From Piromyces finnis finn (taxonomy: Eukaryota > Fungi > Neocallimastigomycota), in NCBI GenBank assembly GCA_002104945.1, contig MCFH01000001.1:186001-250000 (forward strand): 64,000 nucleotides of DNA. The letters run 5' to 3'. The notes below the pieces were generated by a model. The model was not told the origin of the DNA. It did not search any database and was given only the letters and a program-made list of their open reading frames with translations. Position 1 is the stretch's first letter. Every line of letters begins with the position of its first letter. Shown piece after piece: positions 61,941 through 64,000 of this stretch. The position numbers and the translations under genes are program-made.

Positions 61941-64000
61941 TTTAAATGTATATTGAATTTATTAATTAATAGTCTTCTTGTTTAATAAAATTGTAATTAT
62001 GATAGATATAAAGATGTAAATGTATTTCTATTTAAATTATTTTTTATTTCTTAAATGTAAAACGAATTATTTAAAAGGTCATAGAATAAAATTCTTTAAA
62101 GTATGAGAATAATTTATGATATTTGTAAAAAAAGTCAATGACCTATACAATGATTGTTGAATAAATTAATACAATTAAATAAAAAATAAAAAATAAATAT
62201 TTAATAATTAAAACTCTTTATATAATATAAATATACTATATTATTTCTTATTTTTTTTAAATTATTTGTTTTAAAATTAACATTTCTTTTTTTTTTTTTA
62301 AAAAAAAAAAAAAATATTATAATAATTTTATAATTTTAACTTTTTATTCTTTATTCTTTTTTTTTTTTTTTATTTATATATAAAGACAAGGAAATTACAA
62401 GTTGTGAATTAAATTCTTTTACTATACATATATATATATATGTATTTTGAATTACCTTTTTAGAATCAAATTGAGGTTTAGTATTTTTATTAAAGAACTT
62501 TTTTTTTTTTTTTATAATTTAGGATAAAAAAGTTAATCAACCACATTAAATACATTTTTTTTTTACAATAATGTTTTGTAAAAGAATTCTGTGATACATT
62601 TTCAATACACTACTTTAAAATTAGTTGAAGGCTTACTTTTATATCCTTCTTTTATTCATACATTTCAATATAAACTATTACCTTTCTCATTATTAATCTA
62701 TTACTATAGTATATATCTATTTTTAACATAAGTAATGCGTATTTTGTATATGCCTTTAATACGTTTAAAGTCTTTTTTTTTCTTTAATATCTAATACATT
62801 ATATATTATATAAATTGACATACAAATACTTTTTTCTTTATAATATAATCTTACTATTTATAAATAGAAAGAGGAAAATACATTTATTTATCTTTTTATT
62901 TAAATTTCTGTTAAAATACTAGTAAAATAAATACTTTTTTGTAAAAAAGTGCTGCCAAAATACCTCTTTGAAAATACAATTAATTTTTTCTTTCATTTTA
63001 TTATTCAATGTCTCCAACACGATATTTACAAAATTTTAAGTTTTGTGTAACAAATAAATATATTTTTAATTATCAATAAAATTTTAAACTCAAACTGGTT
63101 ATTAATTAAAAATGTATTTTTCATAATAAAAACTATACCTTATAGGAATGTTTTCAATAGTCTTGCTTAGATATTAATACTAATGATATATTATTAAAAA
63201 TGATTTATAACACTCTCATATTTAAAATTATGTATAATCGTAAAAAAAAATAATTAAAATTGAGTATAGTATCGTTTTTATGCTATAATATATATTTTCA
63301 TACTATATGAATGTGATATAATAATTTACAATTATACTCCTATATTACTAAAACAAACTTTACACACAAAATTGTTTTTATTATAAAATAAATATGCATT
63401 TATTTAAAAGTACTTTTAATAGAATATATATACATTAAATAGATTAATTTTTTTAAAAAAAAATTATAATACATTGAAATTAACAGTAATAAAATGTATA
63501 TAAAATCTATATATTATATTTAAAATATATATAATATAAAATAATATTTGTTTTTAGTATAGAAAATATATATATAATAATGCATTACAAGAGTGTAATT
63601 ATAATTATTTATACTAACAATTATATATATGTTTTTAAATATACTTTATTATGGTAATTTTATTAATATTTCATTACAAAGATTTAATTAACAATAACAA
63701 GTATGTATTTATACTAAAATTATGGCTTATGCTATAATACAGACATTTTACAAATGAATAAAGTTTATAATAAAAATTGAGATTTTCTAATATAAAATAA
63801 TATTTTATTAATACATTATACATTATATATTATTTCTTAATAATTAAAATAAAATTATATTTATAATTATAAAATTTAAAAAGAATATTTAGAATATTTT
63901 AATATTATTGACTTATTGATAATAAAAAAGTAGATATTTTTTTCGTTTATTATATATATAGGCTTATGGTATATTTATATTTACATTATAAAATAAAATC

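Overview
Extremely AT-rich, intron-containing eukaryotic DNA. Composition, homopolymer-rich introns and gene content fit an anaerobic gut fungus (Neocallimastigomycota; inference). Host genes: a DAAM/Diaphanous-type formin with a very long FH1 repeat, a secreted bacterial-like alpha/beta hydrolase, RPL15, a transgelin/calponin, two paralogous multi-TM + RGS-domain genes, a bacterial-like GNAT, a GPI-type CE4 chitin deacetylase, katanin p60, an ABCD (peroxisomal-type) half-transporter and an M16 metallopeptidase. Mobile DNA: four pieces of one APE-RT LINE family forming two LINE-on-LINE stacks (one with a perfect 16-bp TSD), and a 777-bp miniature Ty1/copia with both LTRs, PPT, a 5-bp TSD and an in-frame gag/RNase H fusion remnant. 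Most notable: LINE self-nesting that rebuilds a 1135-aa ORF, the TRIM-like copia, the TM-RGS pair with shared substitutions at GAP-contact residues, an ABCD transporter in a presumed obligate anaerobe, poly(A)-AAG splice acceptors, and a GC-enriched, hairpin-rich non-coding island at 49.5-50.6 kb. No tRNA, rRNA or CRISPR was recognised. All calls come from reading the sequence; no searches were run.
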